Below are positions 25,101-40,100 of a DNA stretch of 64,000 nucleotides, in pieces (position 1 is the first letter of the stretch; each line of letters starts with the position of its first letter). Position numbers and translations under genes: made by a program. A model generated the notes under the pieces. The model saw only the letters and a program-made list of their open reading frames with translations. It searched no databases and was not told the DNA's origin. This DNA is from Camelus dromedarius (lineage: Eukaryota): assembly GCF_036321535.1 (NCBI RefSeq), contig NC_087437.1, positions 120,406,001 to 120,470,000 on the forward strand, given 5' to 3'.

Positions 25101-28100
25101 CTTCATCAAAATTAAGAACTTCTGTTCTTAAAGATGCTCTTGAGAGAGTGAAAAGACAAGCAACTGACTGAAAGTATCTGCAAACTGCACGCCGACAAGG
25201 GCTTTGCCGGCAGGAAACACACAGAACTCTTAACATTCAACTGAAACCACCTGATTTGCTTTTAATGGGCAAAAGATATGAACAGACATTTAATCATGGA
25301 AGATACACGGGTGGGCAAATAAACACAGGAAAAGATGTTCACCATTATTAGTCGTAACATGAATGCAAATTAAGACCACAGTGATTTGTCACACTCTTCC
25401 TGGAACATCTACAATTGAAAAGAACGACCACACCGAGCACTGACGAGGATAGGCAACAACCAGCACACCAACCACCTCGGGGGCGGGGGCGTGCAGAGCA
25501 GCACGGCTGCTTCGCAAGACAGGGCGGCGGTTTCATACGAGCCAGCCACCCCACTCCTAGGTGTGTACCCCAGAGAAATGAAAGCATACATCCATGCAGA
25601 ACAAACAAGAATGTTCACAGCAGCTTATGTATGACAGCCAAAACCCAGGGACAACCCAAACGTCCAGCAGCAGCCGAGGACATAAAGCAGCTGCAGCACA
25701 TCCACATCACAGAATACTACTGAGCAATAAAGAGGAGCCAACTGGTAACACACACAGCATGGGCGGACCTCAGAATAATTCTGCTGAGTGAAAGCAGCTA
25801 GGCAAAAAAGAACACAGAATGTCTAGTTCCATTCATATGAGCTTTTAGAAGATGAAAATCAACCTGCAGTGCGGAAAGGAGATGAGTGGTTTTCTGGGAA
25901 GAGGGGAGCAGAGGGCCGGGAAGGAGGGACCCAAGGAGCACAGGGCACCTTCGGAGTGACAGGTACACTCACCATCTTGACTGCGGTGATGATTTTATGG
26001 GTGTACACTTACGTCAAAACTTATCAATTGTTGCTTAAGTGTGTGCAGTTTATTGCATGTCAATTTAAAAAAAACCTGTTACAAAAAATAAGCATTTATC
26101 ACCAAATGGAACTGAAGCTCAAAAACAGAGATTGATCCGAATAATGAAAAAACAAGGGAAGTTAATTTCGCGCGCACTTGAGTGAAATATGCCCCTACTG
26201 AAGACATAGTGCTAAAAGTGACGATGAACAGACTGGGACAAAAACTGAGGTTACACTGGCGGTGAGGAAGGGGAGGAGGAGAAACAGTAAAGACAGCTTC
26301 TATCCCAAAGAAAGCAAAAGCCCCCCCACTAACACACGTGACTTCAGGGCGGCACTCTCCCTCAGACGCCCCTCCTTTTCCCCACACTGCCGAGCTGCAG
26401 GGTCCCCTTCACCTGGGGTTCTGAGCCGTGGGCCACACTCGCAGTGCTGTGCTCACCCCAGAGAAAGGGAGCGGCTAAGGCCACCCACTCGCTGTCTTAC
26501 TAGATCATTTTGCTTTGTGTCGCAGAATCGTAACCAAGTTGAAAGCAACACTTTAGAAGCAGAACTAGGAATGACTGAGCATGCCAGTGAGTTTTCCATC
26601 ATTTGAAACCTCTTTTTTAAAATAAATAACAGCACCTTGGGGAGATCAATCCTAGCTTCCAACACTGCCTCCTCCCTCCCGCCTCCGTGGGGCAGGGGCA
26701 CAGGCCGCCCGCGGGGCGCCCAGGGCACAGGGAGGCCCCTCCTTACCACTCAGCAGCCACCAGAGCAGAGGGATGAAGCCTGGGCTCTCACTGATGTACT
26801 TCAGGCCCTTCAGGTTGATGCTCACGTTGTACAGGGACATCAGCATTAACCTGAAACGCAAAAGAGAACGGTGTTGAAATGCTGGTGCCCCCACCGTTTC
26901 ACTCGAAACACATCTCCTGGCTCATGTGGCCTTAGCATACGCAGGGGTGTCCTCACACGTCACACGTCCAGCTCTGTGGTCTGGAAGACAGGCACAGCAA
27001 GCAGAAGGCATGTGAGATGCTACTTGTTTATATGAGGCTACATGAAAACGGGACACTAGCAATAATGCCACATAACACCATGATTAAGCTCACATAATCA
27101 AGAGACACGAGTGCAAAGCAGGCACGGGAAACCTCAAAGCCATCGCACTGAGCAGTCTCTTCGGTTACGAGCCCTGCGTTTATCTACCAGTGACCCTCAG
27201 CTCACCAGGACACTGCACACTGGGAGCTCAAGTCACGGCTTAAAACCTAGTCCCATCTGCCATTCGCTGAGCGCCGCGCACAATGTCTGGGGGCCAGCAC
27301 AGGCCACACACCCTGTCTACGCCACAGCACGAGGGAAGAAGGGCGCCACACCACAGCCCTACGTGTCCAGAGTCACGCGGGGCTTCACAGGTGGTCTTGG
27401 GACTGAGCATGACTGCTAACGCAGAGTCAGATGAAAACTGGAAAACTACAGACTGGCTTCTGGTAACACTGCGGAGTACAGAGACCCCAAAACCTTCACA
27501 CTGCACAGCAACAGAAAAAGCAACACAAATATTTTGCAAACCGTTGGAAAAAATGGATGAGCTTGCAAGAAATGAAGGGAAAACATCAGATCAGGAACTT
27601 AGTGGGAGCACAAATTTAGGAAGGTGAGCCCTAAAGATGACAGATCCCAGAGGCACAGAGTGTCAGTGCTGGTGCCTCGTGCAGAGGGACACAAAGAAAA
27701 GCCTCAGACCAACGCAAGACAAGGATTCAGAGCACAGAGCCCTGCAGAGAGCCAGGCAAGAGTGAGCTGTCAAGCGTGGTGTGAGTCCATACTTCTCGTA
27801 TGGCCTGAAAATCCCCAACCCCATCATTTTAATAAAGAAAGGAGGCCTGGGATAGGAGCTGCTCCAGCTGCCTGGCCAAAGTAAACGTTCTCTTAAAGGA
27901 AAGGACCCTCAAGTTGGTCTTCAAATAATTCCCACAAATACAGTGGTAACAATTGTGAGTTCAGAGTGAAAATGACAAAACGTGAAAAATAAGACCCCCA
28001 GGACTAAGAACCAGAGACGGCATCTACAAGCCATCAGATACTACAGTGTCCGTACAGAACAGTATGTTAATAGGTGTAAGTAATTCCAAAAGAAGTTGAA

Positions 28101-31100
28101 AACACCGTCAAGGAGCTCAAAAGAGAACTTGCAACAAAGGGAACAATAATAACCCGACTGTAAACTGACACCTGAAAAAGGAGAAAGACTAAGCAGAAGA
28201 GAGAGCTAAAGAAATCACAGCAAACAGCCAGGCTAGGGAGGAGGGGCCCAGGAAGGCGGGCACCAGAACAAGCAACGCACTGAAAACGCGAGGCAGGCGC
28301 CGAGGAGCCGGGCAGAGCGCGAGGAGGGCCCAGAACGGGGCGCGGGCTTCGGCCACCAACCGCCTCAGGGAGGCCGGGGCGTGGGGGTCAGGCAAGCAAG
28401 TCCCCGCAGGGACAGACGCCCATCCTCCCCAGGAGGCGGCCCCGGGGCCCAGCGCAGACACGCCGAACCGCGAGCCAGCAGGCCCAGCGAGGCTGGGGAC
28501 GGCAAGGCGCTTGCTTTGGCCACCATTTTAAGGGGTGCCAAAAAGCTTAGAAACCAAGATGTTTTTTAATATAATGTAATTTTTAATCAAAACTACTGCA
28601 AAACTTCCGTAACAAGCAACATACCAAAACTTTAAATGAAGACAGGACCAGTGACAGCACCGCACCAAGACATCTTGGAGTCTGAGGCCAAAGGAAAGTC
28701 AGCAACAGTGATTCACTCCATTGACAAGGGACCAATGAAGTAACTCACGGTGCATGCGCACATGCACACCATGGAAAACGTTTATTACAGTATTCTGTTA
28801 AGGTGGCTGGTTTCGAACACTGGCATACAAGCATCCGTGTGAGTTCCTGCACTCAAGCCCTCGGGTGTACAGCTGGGGTGGACTGCTGGGTCACACGGTG
28901 ACCCCACGTGCAGCCTGCAGGGGCGCCGCCTGTTCTCCACGGCACTGGTGCCACTGTATGTTCCTACCAGCAATGTACTAGGGTTCCATTTTCTCCACAC
29001 TCTTGCCAAAACTTGTTATTTTTATTTAAAAATATATATATATATAGGCATCAAGAAAAAAAAAAAAAAGGCTTGTTTCCCCACTAAAAGTAGTTTGTCA
29101 AAAGCAAGCTCCATGGCCCATTTGTCTTTCCAGACACACAGACTGGCACAGTACCTGGGTTGTGGTCACTGTCAGCACTCAGTTTAAATCTGGAGAGTGA
29201 ACTGACCCCCAGGGACGGAGAGCCTCAGTGGGACAGCTCGCCACACAGTCCGTCTCTCCGGTTCCCACGGGCGTTCTCAAAGCCAAGGCAACGCTCTTGT
29301 CCAGGCAGACACCACCAGACCAGCGCCCTTGAGAGCAGTGATGCCTGGCTCTCAAATCACGATTCTCAGCCTCCTCACAGGCCACAAAATGACCCAAAAT
29401 TACAAATCTTTTCAAGTTTTCCTGACAATTTTTACACATATCCAAAATCTATGCACTGGGAAGCCATTTAATGAGTTATTAACGGATATTCAAATGTCAT
29501 ATTCATGACGAAAATTCAGCACACTAACTAGAATTTTCTGAGATCTCTCATCCAGGATTTCAAGCAAAGTTCCTACTTCAGATCACCAATACAGATAGTT
29601 GGAATTCCTTAAAATTCAATGTATCTTTTATGCTGCTTTGTGGCTACCACAGCAGGGCTGAGTCACTGCAGCAGAACCACGTGGCCCTCAGGGCCTAAAA
29701 CATTTCTGTCTGGCCCTTTAGAGGAAAAGTTTGCCAACCCCTGCTTTGGAGCATGAAAATAAGGTAAGCCAATCTTCTCTAGATCTTAAAAGGTGAAGTT
29801 AACATCTGGATAATAACTGAAATATGGAGCAAACTCCAAAAAATATGTCTAGTTGAAATTCTTCATTGACTGCCCTTTAATTTTAAGGTGGCAAAAACAT
29901 AAACTGATAAACATCTCTGAAACTTCGTATTTGGTCACAATCAGCCATCCTTAAGAAGCTAAAATGGACCAAACGTAATTGCAACGACCACGGTGCCACC
30001 TGACCTGGCATTACTGCCAGGTTCCATCTTACAGAAGACCAGAGGCTTCCTCAAGGTCACACCAGGACTCAGCAAACAACGAACTCTGGTTCTTATGAGA
30101 ATGCTTCCCATTCCAACATTTCTACTCCAACCGAAAGCACTTTGTAAATAATGTACCAAGTCTCTGACCGCACGTCAGCAGAGACTGCCCATCCAGCTCA
30201 CTCTCCCGGCACTCAGTGTGGAACGTAAATGTCATTCCCCAAACTGCTGTAGTTCCAGGAGTCGTTTTTCCTTCCAGTGACAAAAAAGGCAAATTCTGCT
30301 TCTTACCATGATCCTGAGCAAAAGATACAAAAAAAATGGATTAATGGATTCCAAAAGAGCAGCTTCCCGATCTCTGCAGTCTTTAGAATCTTAAATGCAC
30401 TTGACATTGATTTAAAAAAGGACTGAAAGGCAGCAGCAAACTTGAGTGCTACAAAAGCAGCCCTCCTTGAGTGAAAGGCCCCTCCTCGCCTGCAGACCCC
30501 AGGCCACGCCAGGGAGTGAACGGCTCTCCTGGTGAGAAGTCAGAGCCCTCCGGACTGCCTGGCGTCCAAGGCTGAGTCACCAAAAGCAAAGGTGACGCAA
30601 CTCAACCGCCTTACTCCTCATCGTGAAAGAAAGTATAACTCGTAACCTAGAAGCAGCAGGGAATCAGCACACCCAGCGCTTCAAACAAACCGGCAATAAA
30701 AATAACCCAAAAGGCACAACTGTGACGTCTCCCGGCCTAAAGCGAAGCCCACAGTCAATCACCCAAAACGGATGAAAACCTAAAGTAGCCCAATCAGCAC
30801 CACCAAGTGATTCCAAGGAACAAGGAGCAGTGAAGGTCTCCCCCGGGAGAGAAAAGCACCGGCGGGCAGCACAGCCGGACACTCAGACCAAATGACGGCG
30901 GAGCCTGCGGCTGGAGGCCCACCGCCGTTAAAGGGGTACCGCCATCAGCGGCCGGGCGGGCTTGCTTCAGACCCGCTGTCCCCTCCCCAGGCAAGGCAGA
31001 ACCTGAAGGCTGTGGTCCGTACCACGCGTAATCCCAATCAGACACCTCAGACTAAACGTCACACTGAAGAACAGAGAGAACGAACATGACCCCCCAGCTG

Positions 31101-34100
31101 AGAAAGAACACCTCCCCCCCAGCCACACCCCGCGAGCCGAACCTGAGCCCGCACTGCAGGGCCGGCCCCACCTCCCCCGCTGTGCGCGTGCCCGCCACCC
31201 ACCTCCAGGCACGCGCACACAGCCCTGAGCACGCCCGTCCGCGTCCACATCAGCGGGGTGGCCACAGCGGCTTCCCCTCCACGGCGACACATCTGCCATG
31301 CGGACCCGCGTGTTCTACTGCATCCCACTGTGTCCCCACGTACCGGTCACAGTCTGCCTGCCCCTGCTCCCGCTGCCCGAGGTGTACTTTCCTCATCAAA
31401 CACTTAACTGTTAACCAAGATCCTAGAAATCGATCAGAACGTCTTCAACGACGACTCTCCTACCACCTAGACTACTGAGGGTCTGACTGGGAACAACTCA
31501 GGAACCCAACCAAGAACGGCGACAGGACAGCAGTGGGGAAACCAGACTGACCAGGAGAGGCTCCGGGCCCGCCGTGCCAGGCTGTGCCAGCACGATGCGT
31601 GGCAGCCCTCTGCAACCCAGACACGGCCCAGACCCTGCCCACCCCCACCCCACACCAGACTCGGGAGTGCAGGCCTGACACCCGAGGCCGGAGGGGGGAG
31701 GAAGAGGACCGGGGCTGGCGAGGCTGTGGAAGCGCCTGGCTCCTCAGCCCGGGTGCTGGCTGACCACGCACAGGCTACGCACAGGCACATGGGGAGGAGG
31801 TGGACAGAACCCCTCCAAATGTTAGCAGAGCTGGCAAATGGTCTGGTATGGACCCTGGTCCTTGCTGAAGGCTGTCACAGCACAACTGGGAGAAAACAGG
31901 CCGAAAAGAAGCCAGGGAAGCGGGAGCACTTGGAAATGCAGAAGCAAGAGACGGCCACTGACTGAGCAAAATCCCAGGGGCCACTCATCAAAAGCACAGC
32001 AAGCCCCACCCAGCGGTGGGCGGGCCGCTTGCCAAAAACCCCAAGAAGCCACACGCTCCTCCGACACGTGAGAGAAGTGAGGGCGGGTGGGCATGAGTAA
32101 GCTCACACCCACACCCCTCGGCTCTCCTTGGGGAGCAGGAAGGACCATCACCTGCTGGGACACTCCCCCAACCCTGCAGAGGACAGAAGAACAGCACAGT
32201 GGTCAGCGTCACAGAGACAGTCTGAAGTCTGCCCTGGCCCCTGTGCAGCTCTGACTGGGGCTGATGAGGACACAAAGAAGGGTTCTGGGGGGCCCAGGAC
32301 CAGGAGGGGGCAGAACGGCAGGAAACCTTCTCAAGTATCACTGCAACAAGGAGAAGAGAAGGCACGTGGCTGGTCCAAGGTCAGAGCCTCGGGAGACGGC
32401 AGTGAGGCACCCGTGGCTGCTGTCAGAAGGAGGAACAGAACCCCAATGCATCTCAAGAGGGGATCCAGGTAAGCTGGACGGAGGGGAAGCCGTGGGGCAG
32501 ATGGAGTGACTGGAGGAGAGAGAAGCAGTGAGGAGCAGGGGTCGCTGCAAGGTGAAGGGAGGAGTGAGGGGAAAAAGGAGTCGAGCAAGAGGAAGGCATC
32601 TGGGGTACACGGCAGAGCTTCCATCTCAGAGGCTGAAGCGCGTGCACAGTGCCAACATCCAGGACGTGGCTGCAGGGCGGGTTACTCACAGGGAAGAGCA
32701 CCTAACATCTCTGCAGCCGAGAAAGGCCAACGACCCTGACATTAACTGCTGCACAAGTCACCAACAAAGATGTTCAAGTCATTCGCACCTGCAGGAGGTG
32801 GGGAGAGGACTAGTGAACAGGGGAGGGAGCACAGGTGGGTGCTGAGATCACTGGCTGCCTGAAGATTTGGCGTGACTGTCAAGCAAGCAAGCAAATGTCT
32901 CTGCAGGCGGTTCCTCATCACCCACGGCAATGGACAAAGGCTCACTAGGACGAAAAGGCAGAGAGCTCTGCACGCTGGGGCCAGAGAGGCTAGAAGAGAC
33001 GCAGCCCTCACACAAAGCCTCACTTTGCAACCTGGAGGAGGGGGTTGGCTGCTCTTGTAAACACTGTGTACAGACACAGAAGCAAAGGAGATGATGGCTT
33101 AGTATCCAGAATATGCAAAGAGTGACAGCAAATCATTAAGAAAAATACAACCTAATAGAAAATGGGCAACAGACATGAACAGGTAATTCACAGTAATACT
33201 CACAGTATGATGTGTGAAGAGTCTCAACCTTACTGGTAAGCTAAATCTAGAGACAGACAGACAGACGTGGATAGATAATACAAGTATTCTTTATAGGAAT
33301 ATAATAATGAAGTGTGCATGAGGGTGCAGGAACACAGAACACTGATGTCATATGGGTGGAAGTGTGTACTTCAGTGACAAATTTGCAGCATTTTATAAAA
33401 CTGGAAATGTGCATGTCCTACTTCTCAAATGCTGCACTTCTGGGAAACTCCTGGAGGGGTTCTCACACAGGTCAGCAAGGAGACACTTACCAAATGTTTT
33501 CACTGCAGCGTAATACTTGTAGAGTAAAAGCTAAAAGTGACCTAAATGTCCATCAGCAGTGAGACGACAATCCAAACATGACATTTTCTTTGATGTAAGT
33601 TACTTAAGAGGAATCAAGCAGATCCACAGACAACTTGTAAGAATATACACAAGACTATGACAGTCATATGTCGTCCTGTATTAGCCATGTTGTTCATGTA
33701 CATACACCTGTTAGCACAAAACACTAATGGACTGAAGAGCTTGGTTCCAGGTAAGATGGAGTAAATGCACCTGCCCTCTTCCTTCCTCTGAACACAGCTA
33801 TAAATCCTGAACCAAATACAGGGAGCAGCTACGTTAGAGCCCTGAGAAGCCAACATTAGCAGGTGGACTGAGAAGAAGACCAGAATTACAAGAGCCACCA
33901 AACCAGCAATGAGTTTACCACTCAGCCCCCAAGTCCAAGAGTGGCAGTGACCCACGCAGAGATGGCACCAGGAGAAGACCTCCAGCTCAAGCTCGAGGCG
34001 TAGGAGAGGGACCTCTTGGCAGGGACCTCACAGGCAGTGGGAGTCCCCAGGTAACAAACTCTGTGAGGGGACCTTCCTCCCCGCCAGAAGGGCTGTGATC

Positions 34101-37100
34101 CACTGCGCTCCCGCTTGCCCTGGACATGGGCAGAGCCACAGATGCAGGTGACACCTCAAGGCACACAAACCCCGGATTCCAGGAGAAGGACTGAAAGGGG
34201 AGCCCCGGGGAGCTCCCAAGTACCAAGATGTGTGGGGAGTTAAGAGTTCTGGAGAGGGACCCCACAAGGGCGTTTACAGGCTCCTGGCCTCAGCCCAAGC
34301 TACATCTGTGCAGACCTGATGGTAAACAGCACATCTAAGACTCTGGGGACCAAAGTGTCGACCATCACCCCAGTCTCAGTGACAGACATGAGAGGCAGAC
34401 CCAATGTCACCGCAAAGGTTTTTTAAAAATGGGACTGATGTGGAAGCCACAAACAGTGCAGGCTGGTCAGAACTTGTGACTGAACCCAACCAGGCTGATC
34501 TCCTGCTGAAACAAAAACATCCACATTTCCCACAGGATTTAAACAAGACCCAGAGTCTCAAAACACAACATCCAAGTGTTCACAACACAATCCAAGTTAC
34601 CCAGCCTGTGAAGAAACAGGGAAAATCCCAACTCGTGTGGGTCAAGACAATCAAGACAAACCAAGGCCAAGACGACACAGATGTGAGACATACCTGACAA
34701 AGACTTAAAGAAGCTGTTTCATAAAGCACTCCAAGAAGTCAAAGCAAACGCTCAACATAAATGATGCAGGAGCAGAACCCTAAAACGGGTCACAATTTCC
34801 TGCCCTAACCCCCAGGACTGCACACATAACCCTCTGGCCGTGTTAAGCCACCTGGGCACAGCAGTGAGACCCTGCAGTGTAAGTCAGGTTACTCACCAGC
34901 TGGCTCTGAGTTAATCAAAGGGTATTTGCCCAGTTACACCAAATTTAAACCTGCAAGCCCAATAAAAGCAGAGTTTTCTCTGGCTGGTAGCAGAAGAGGA
35001 GACCCAAGAATTTCCAGAGTGTAAGAAAGACTCAGTGAGCTGCTGTGACTTGAAGATGGGGTGGGGTCCCTGGAAGCTGAACGTGGCCCCATCCAACAGC
35101 CAGCAAGGAAACAGGGACCTCAGTCCTATCAACACAGGGAACTGGATTCTTCCAGCAACCTGGACACCCCTGGACGCAGATTCTGACACAGAGCCTCCTG
35201 AAAAGAGCCCCGATTCTGGCCCTGCGAGACATGTCAGAAAACCTGATCAAGCCCGCTCAGACCTCTGACCTACAGACCTTACCAAGGGTGTTGTTTCAGC
35301 CACTAAGCTGTGGTAATTTGTTCCACAGCAGCAGAAAACGAGCATGGACTCTGACGCCTGGAAGTGGGGTGCTGCCACGACAAGCACCTGTTTTATGACC
35401 ACCGTGAAGTGCCCGTGACAGCATTTGGAACTCACCCACTGCCCTGAGGTGAGAACGTTCCTTCTGTTTATATTATCTTCCTAAAATAGTACTGAAAAGA
35501 GTGCATCCCTTAATTCTCCAGGAAATCTGTTTCTTCTATTTTTTAGGACGATAGCCAAATTAAGTGCATTTACTTGAAAAAGAGGTCCAACCTGCAAATG
35601 CTAACTAACATGTAGCTAAACATGAACTTTGAAACATTATCCACCGTACACTTTGAGTCTGGTGCACTGTCCCGGCTTCAAGTCTCCCAGAAGCTGCAGG
35701 ATGGTGTCCAAGAGCACGCGGCTTGAGGTAACCAGGAACTCCCGGCCACATGCGACGGCAGCAACATCTGCAACAGGAAGAGAAAACGAAGCGTCAGAAT
35801 CGCTGTGGCTTCAGCGCCTAGAAAAGCCTGTCCGAGGCAGAACGGCTGCTGCTGCTTCTCTCCTCACAGACCTAGTGAAACGCAGACGGCCGACAAGGCG
35901 CTAAGCAGTGTCGTCCACAGGGTGGGCAGCCCAGACGGAGTGACTGACAGTGACAGCAGCTACGGAGACAGTGAGCAACGGCCTCTGTGATCAGCAAGTG
36001 CCCGGCGGTGGAACAGAGCACTGGGCCTAACGTGTCCGCAGCCTGAGCACAGCACAGCAAGCGGGCGCCGGGCTGCAGAAGGCTGGATTAACAGCTGTGA
36101 GCAGTCAGGGTCCAAGTGGAAGGTGAGGGCTGATTGCTTCATCTGGGACCAGGACACCAAAACCCACGTTCAGCCCCGGGACTGAAATCCTAATGGCTTG
36201 AACCACAATACCAAACTGAAATCATGAGGTCAAAAGAGAGTATGAAAATTGATTCTAAAAAAAAAACTTTTCTGAATTGTGCATCCTGTAATGGTCAACA
36301 GTATCACGTTTCTTCAGGCCTGAGGCCCTGCAGACCAGCGTGGAGACCAGACCCGGTCATTACACGGGCTCCCCAGGGAGCTGCAGCTAATGCTCCACCA
36401 ACATTCCCAAGGACCTGGAAGGACACATCGGTGATCCAAAAACACTTATGTGTGTGTTGGTAAGACTCTTCTTAGCTAGGTCTAACAGTAAAGCATGATT
36501 CAAAGTGACTAAAACCCCTAACACGAACGAGCCAGCCAGCGTGGAAGAGCAGCAGCAGCCTGGCTCCTCCCCTGACTTCGATGGAAACGCGTCTCCTAAC
36601 TCAGTTAACGTGATGTCTGACGGGGGTCCTGGCGGATGTCCTCTCTCCTTCAAGAAAGTGTTGTTCTATTTTTAGTTTACTAATAATTGTCCAGGAGGGA
36701 GGATGAATTTTATCACTTACCTGTTCTGCCTCTGATTAACTGTATCTGATGGTAGAATATAAAAGTTTTTTTTAACATTTTTTATTGATTTATAATCATT
36801 TTACAATGCTGTGTCAAATTCCAGTATTCAGCATAATTTTTCAGTCATACTATAAAAGTTAATCTATGCAACCAGATCAACTTTATAGACTCAGATCCTG
36901 GATATTCCTATTTATTTTTGTTTTTCTAAGCTGATGAGGATCAAAAGAGGTACGTTAAAATCTCTTAAACCTAACATTTCTTTTCCCATTTCTGCTTATC
37001 TTCCCACCAAGTTTGCCTCGTAAATCGGTGCTGTTCATCTGGTATATAATTTTATGGCAGCTGTAACTTTGCTGAAGATGGACCCCTTCACTGACACCTC

Positions 37101-40100
37101 CTTTCTTCAGTGAATCTGAACCTGATGAGTGTATTTTCTATCACGTAAAACTCTACCTCGACTGAAGAAATATTTGGGGGGCGGGGGGGACAATGAAGCA
37201 TCTGGCGTCATAAGCTGAGAGAAGATCATTTTAAGGTAGTTTTTGGGGGGAAAACATTTTTCATGTTAAGATACATACTGGAACCTTGCAGGAAAACTTA
37301 CATTCCAGCCACATATTTTGGTAGGTAGTTTCCAGAGACGACTTCCCAAGACCGTGCCTCTGCAGACCCTTGGGTTGTTCCTGCCCTAAGACTCAATGTG
37401 TAACTAGCAGAACACATCAGACCTGCTGCGTGACTTTCAAGGAAAGGTGGAGAGGAGCCTGACGGCTTCCACCTTGGTCTCTTGCCACTTGCTCTAGGAG
37501 CCCTGGGTCGCTAGAAAAGCAATCTGACTCTCCCGAGGCTGCTGTGGTGCAGAGACCACAGGAAAAGCACACGGTGGAGAAGCCCTAAGACCACAGAGGA
37601 GAGAAGGACATCCACCAGCCCCTCGCTGTTCCATCCCTCAGCAATCTGGGTCACCCCAGCTGAGGCCCCAGACAGAGCAGAGCCACAGCAAATCATCCCT
37701 GCCAAGCCCTGAGCAAACTGCAGGTTTGCAAGCAAAATAAATGACTGCTGTTTAAAGATGAAGTTTGGGGCAGTTTGTTACATAGCAGTAGACAGTGGGA
37801 ACATCACTAACACATCACTGAAGAAACACTACACAGCAAAGGTACATGGTATCAGAGCAGGCACCAGCAACAAACACAATAACCTTACCGGGAGATGGAG
37901 CCCTGTATCACGTATCCAGTACTAGGACAGCAAATGCCAGCCCTGCATTTCACTGACTGCCGATAACTGAAGAGCAAATTGTGAGGTGAAATAAATGTGA
38001 ATAAACTCGTACACTGATAACTCGAGTGTCTGTCAGACTGTCTGGGATGCTTACGAAAGTCAACCTCAGGACTAAAAACGATTGTTGGTTTAATTTTCTG
38101 TTAAAATGTACTTATTTTTTGTAGGCTCATTTTTCTTTGAAGTTTATAGATATTTCTAGAGGTTACCATAGTAATTATATAAGAAACGAAACTAGTGTGA
38201 ATTATGTTTTCTGATAAAAAATATAAAGAATTGAAGTATAGTATGTCTGATATTTTTGCTTTAGTTTGTAATAACTTTGTCTTATTTTCAACAATAAGAA
38301 ATAATAACAGGGTACTGGCATAATGGCAGCCACATAGATCAATGGCAGAAATAAGAGTCCAGAAATAAATACTCAAATTTATGACCAATTGATTTCCAAA
38401 AAGGTATCAAGGCAACTGAATGGAGAAAGGATAAAAGAAAAATCTTTTCTACAAATGGTGCTGGGACAACTGGATAGTCACATGCAAAGAAATGAAACTG
38501 GACCCCTACCTCACACCGTACATAAAGATTAACTCAAAGTGAATCAAAGACCAAAATGTGTGAGCTAAAGCTATAAAACCCTTAGAAAAAAACATTGGAG
38601 TAAATTTCATGTCCTTGAAGTAGACAACGGTTTCTTAGTTTTACAACAAAACACAAGCAACTAAAGAAAAACTATACTGGATGTCATCATAATTAAAACA
38701 TTTGTGCTTCAAAGGACATTATCAAGAAAGTGAAAAGACAACCACAAAATGAGAGAACTTTTTGCAATCGTGTATCTGACAAGGGACTGGTATCTAGAAT
38801 ATACAAAAAACCCTTACAACTCAATAATAAAGAGATAAAGGACTTAATTTTACAACGGGCAAAGAGCTTGAATAGACATTTCTCCAAAGAAAATACACAA
38901 ATGGCCAAAGAGCACATGAAAAGACGCTCAATATCATTAGCCATCAGGGACATGCAAATCAAAACCATGATGAGATACCACTTCATACCCACTATGATGG
39001 CTCTAACCAAAAAAATAACTAAAAAGCACGGGTGGGAATGTAAAATGGTGAAGTCAATGTCAGAAAATGGTCTGACAGTTCCTCAAATGGTTAAAGCCAT
39101 ACTGTATGACCCAGCAAGCCCACTCCGAGCTGTATACCCAAGAGAAATGAAAACCTGTCCATGCAAAAAACTCGTACACAAATGTTCACAGCATCATTAT
39201 TCACAATAACCAAAAAACAGAAACAACCCAAATGTCCGTCGATTGATAAATGGATAAATGTGGTAGCCATACAACAGAGTACTATTCAGCCACAGAAAGG
39301 AATGAAGCGCTGACACCCGCTATGACATAAATGCCTTGAAAACACTATGCTAAGTGAACAAAGCAAACAAACAGCCAGTCACAAAGGACCGCACTCTATG
39401 GGTCCACTATACGGAGTGTCAGGCACAGGAAAAATCTGGAGTCCAGAAGCAGCTTAGTGGCTGCCTGGAGCCAGGGAAACGGCAGGGCTGGGGAATGGCG
39501 GAGGCTGGCAGGTTTTCTTTTGGGGTGATGAAATGCTTTAAAACTGATCATGGAAAGTGATGCATAGCATATGTACTAATGCCATCAAATTATATACTTC
39601 AAATTGGCAAACTGTATGGTGTATTATTGTATCTCAATAAAGCTGTTAAGAAGGAGTAACTGTAGGGACACACAGCCCCGTTCACTGGGTTACTCAGTCT
39701 CTACTGCTCATCCTGGGCCTGTGTTCTATAAACCACTTATCTGTAGCACTAATTCGCCATATTTTTTTGAAATAAACATAAGCAAGTTTGCTCTATTAAT
39801 ACTATGACCCTGTTTTACTGTTTGGGTTCTTTCCTTTGCATGTGCTGTGGTACTTTCTTATCAAGTCAATCACTTAGCTGTCGGGGTGGGAGTAGGCCAA
39901 AGGCCATGGGTAATCTCAGTCTGGGAACTGCCTCTGTACACTATTTATGGAAAGCCCCCCTCAGAGCTGGAGGGAGTGTCCAGTCCCACTGGGAAGTGGC
40001 TTCTAGAATCCAGTTTCTCTCCTGGCTTCTGTGGTGAGAAGTCCGATCAGAGAGAAGCAGCCAGAGCCTGAGGGTCAGCTGGCAGGAAGGAAGCAAGGCC

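Noticed and set aside
1027..26746. Nested histone H2B gene, which I recall lying in a human HSF2BP intron
   Set aside because: No H2B-like peptide appears in the ORF track or on reading the sequence. A tBLASTn with H2B would confirm absence.
38730..39209. 159-aa ORF as a gene
   Set aside because: It is a decayed LINE-1 ORF2 C-terminal fragment.
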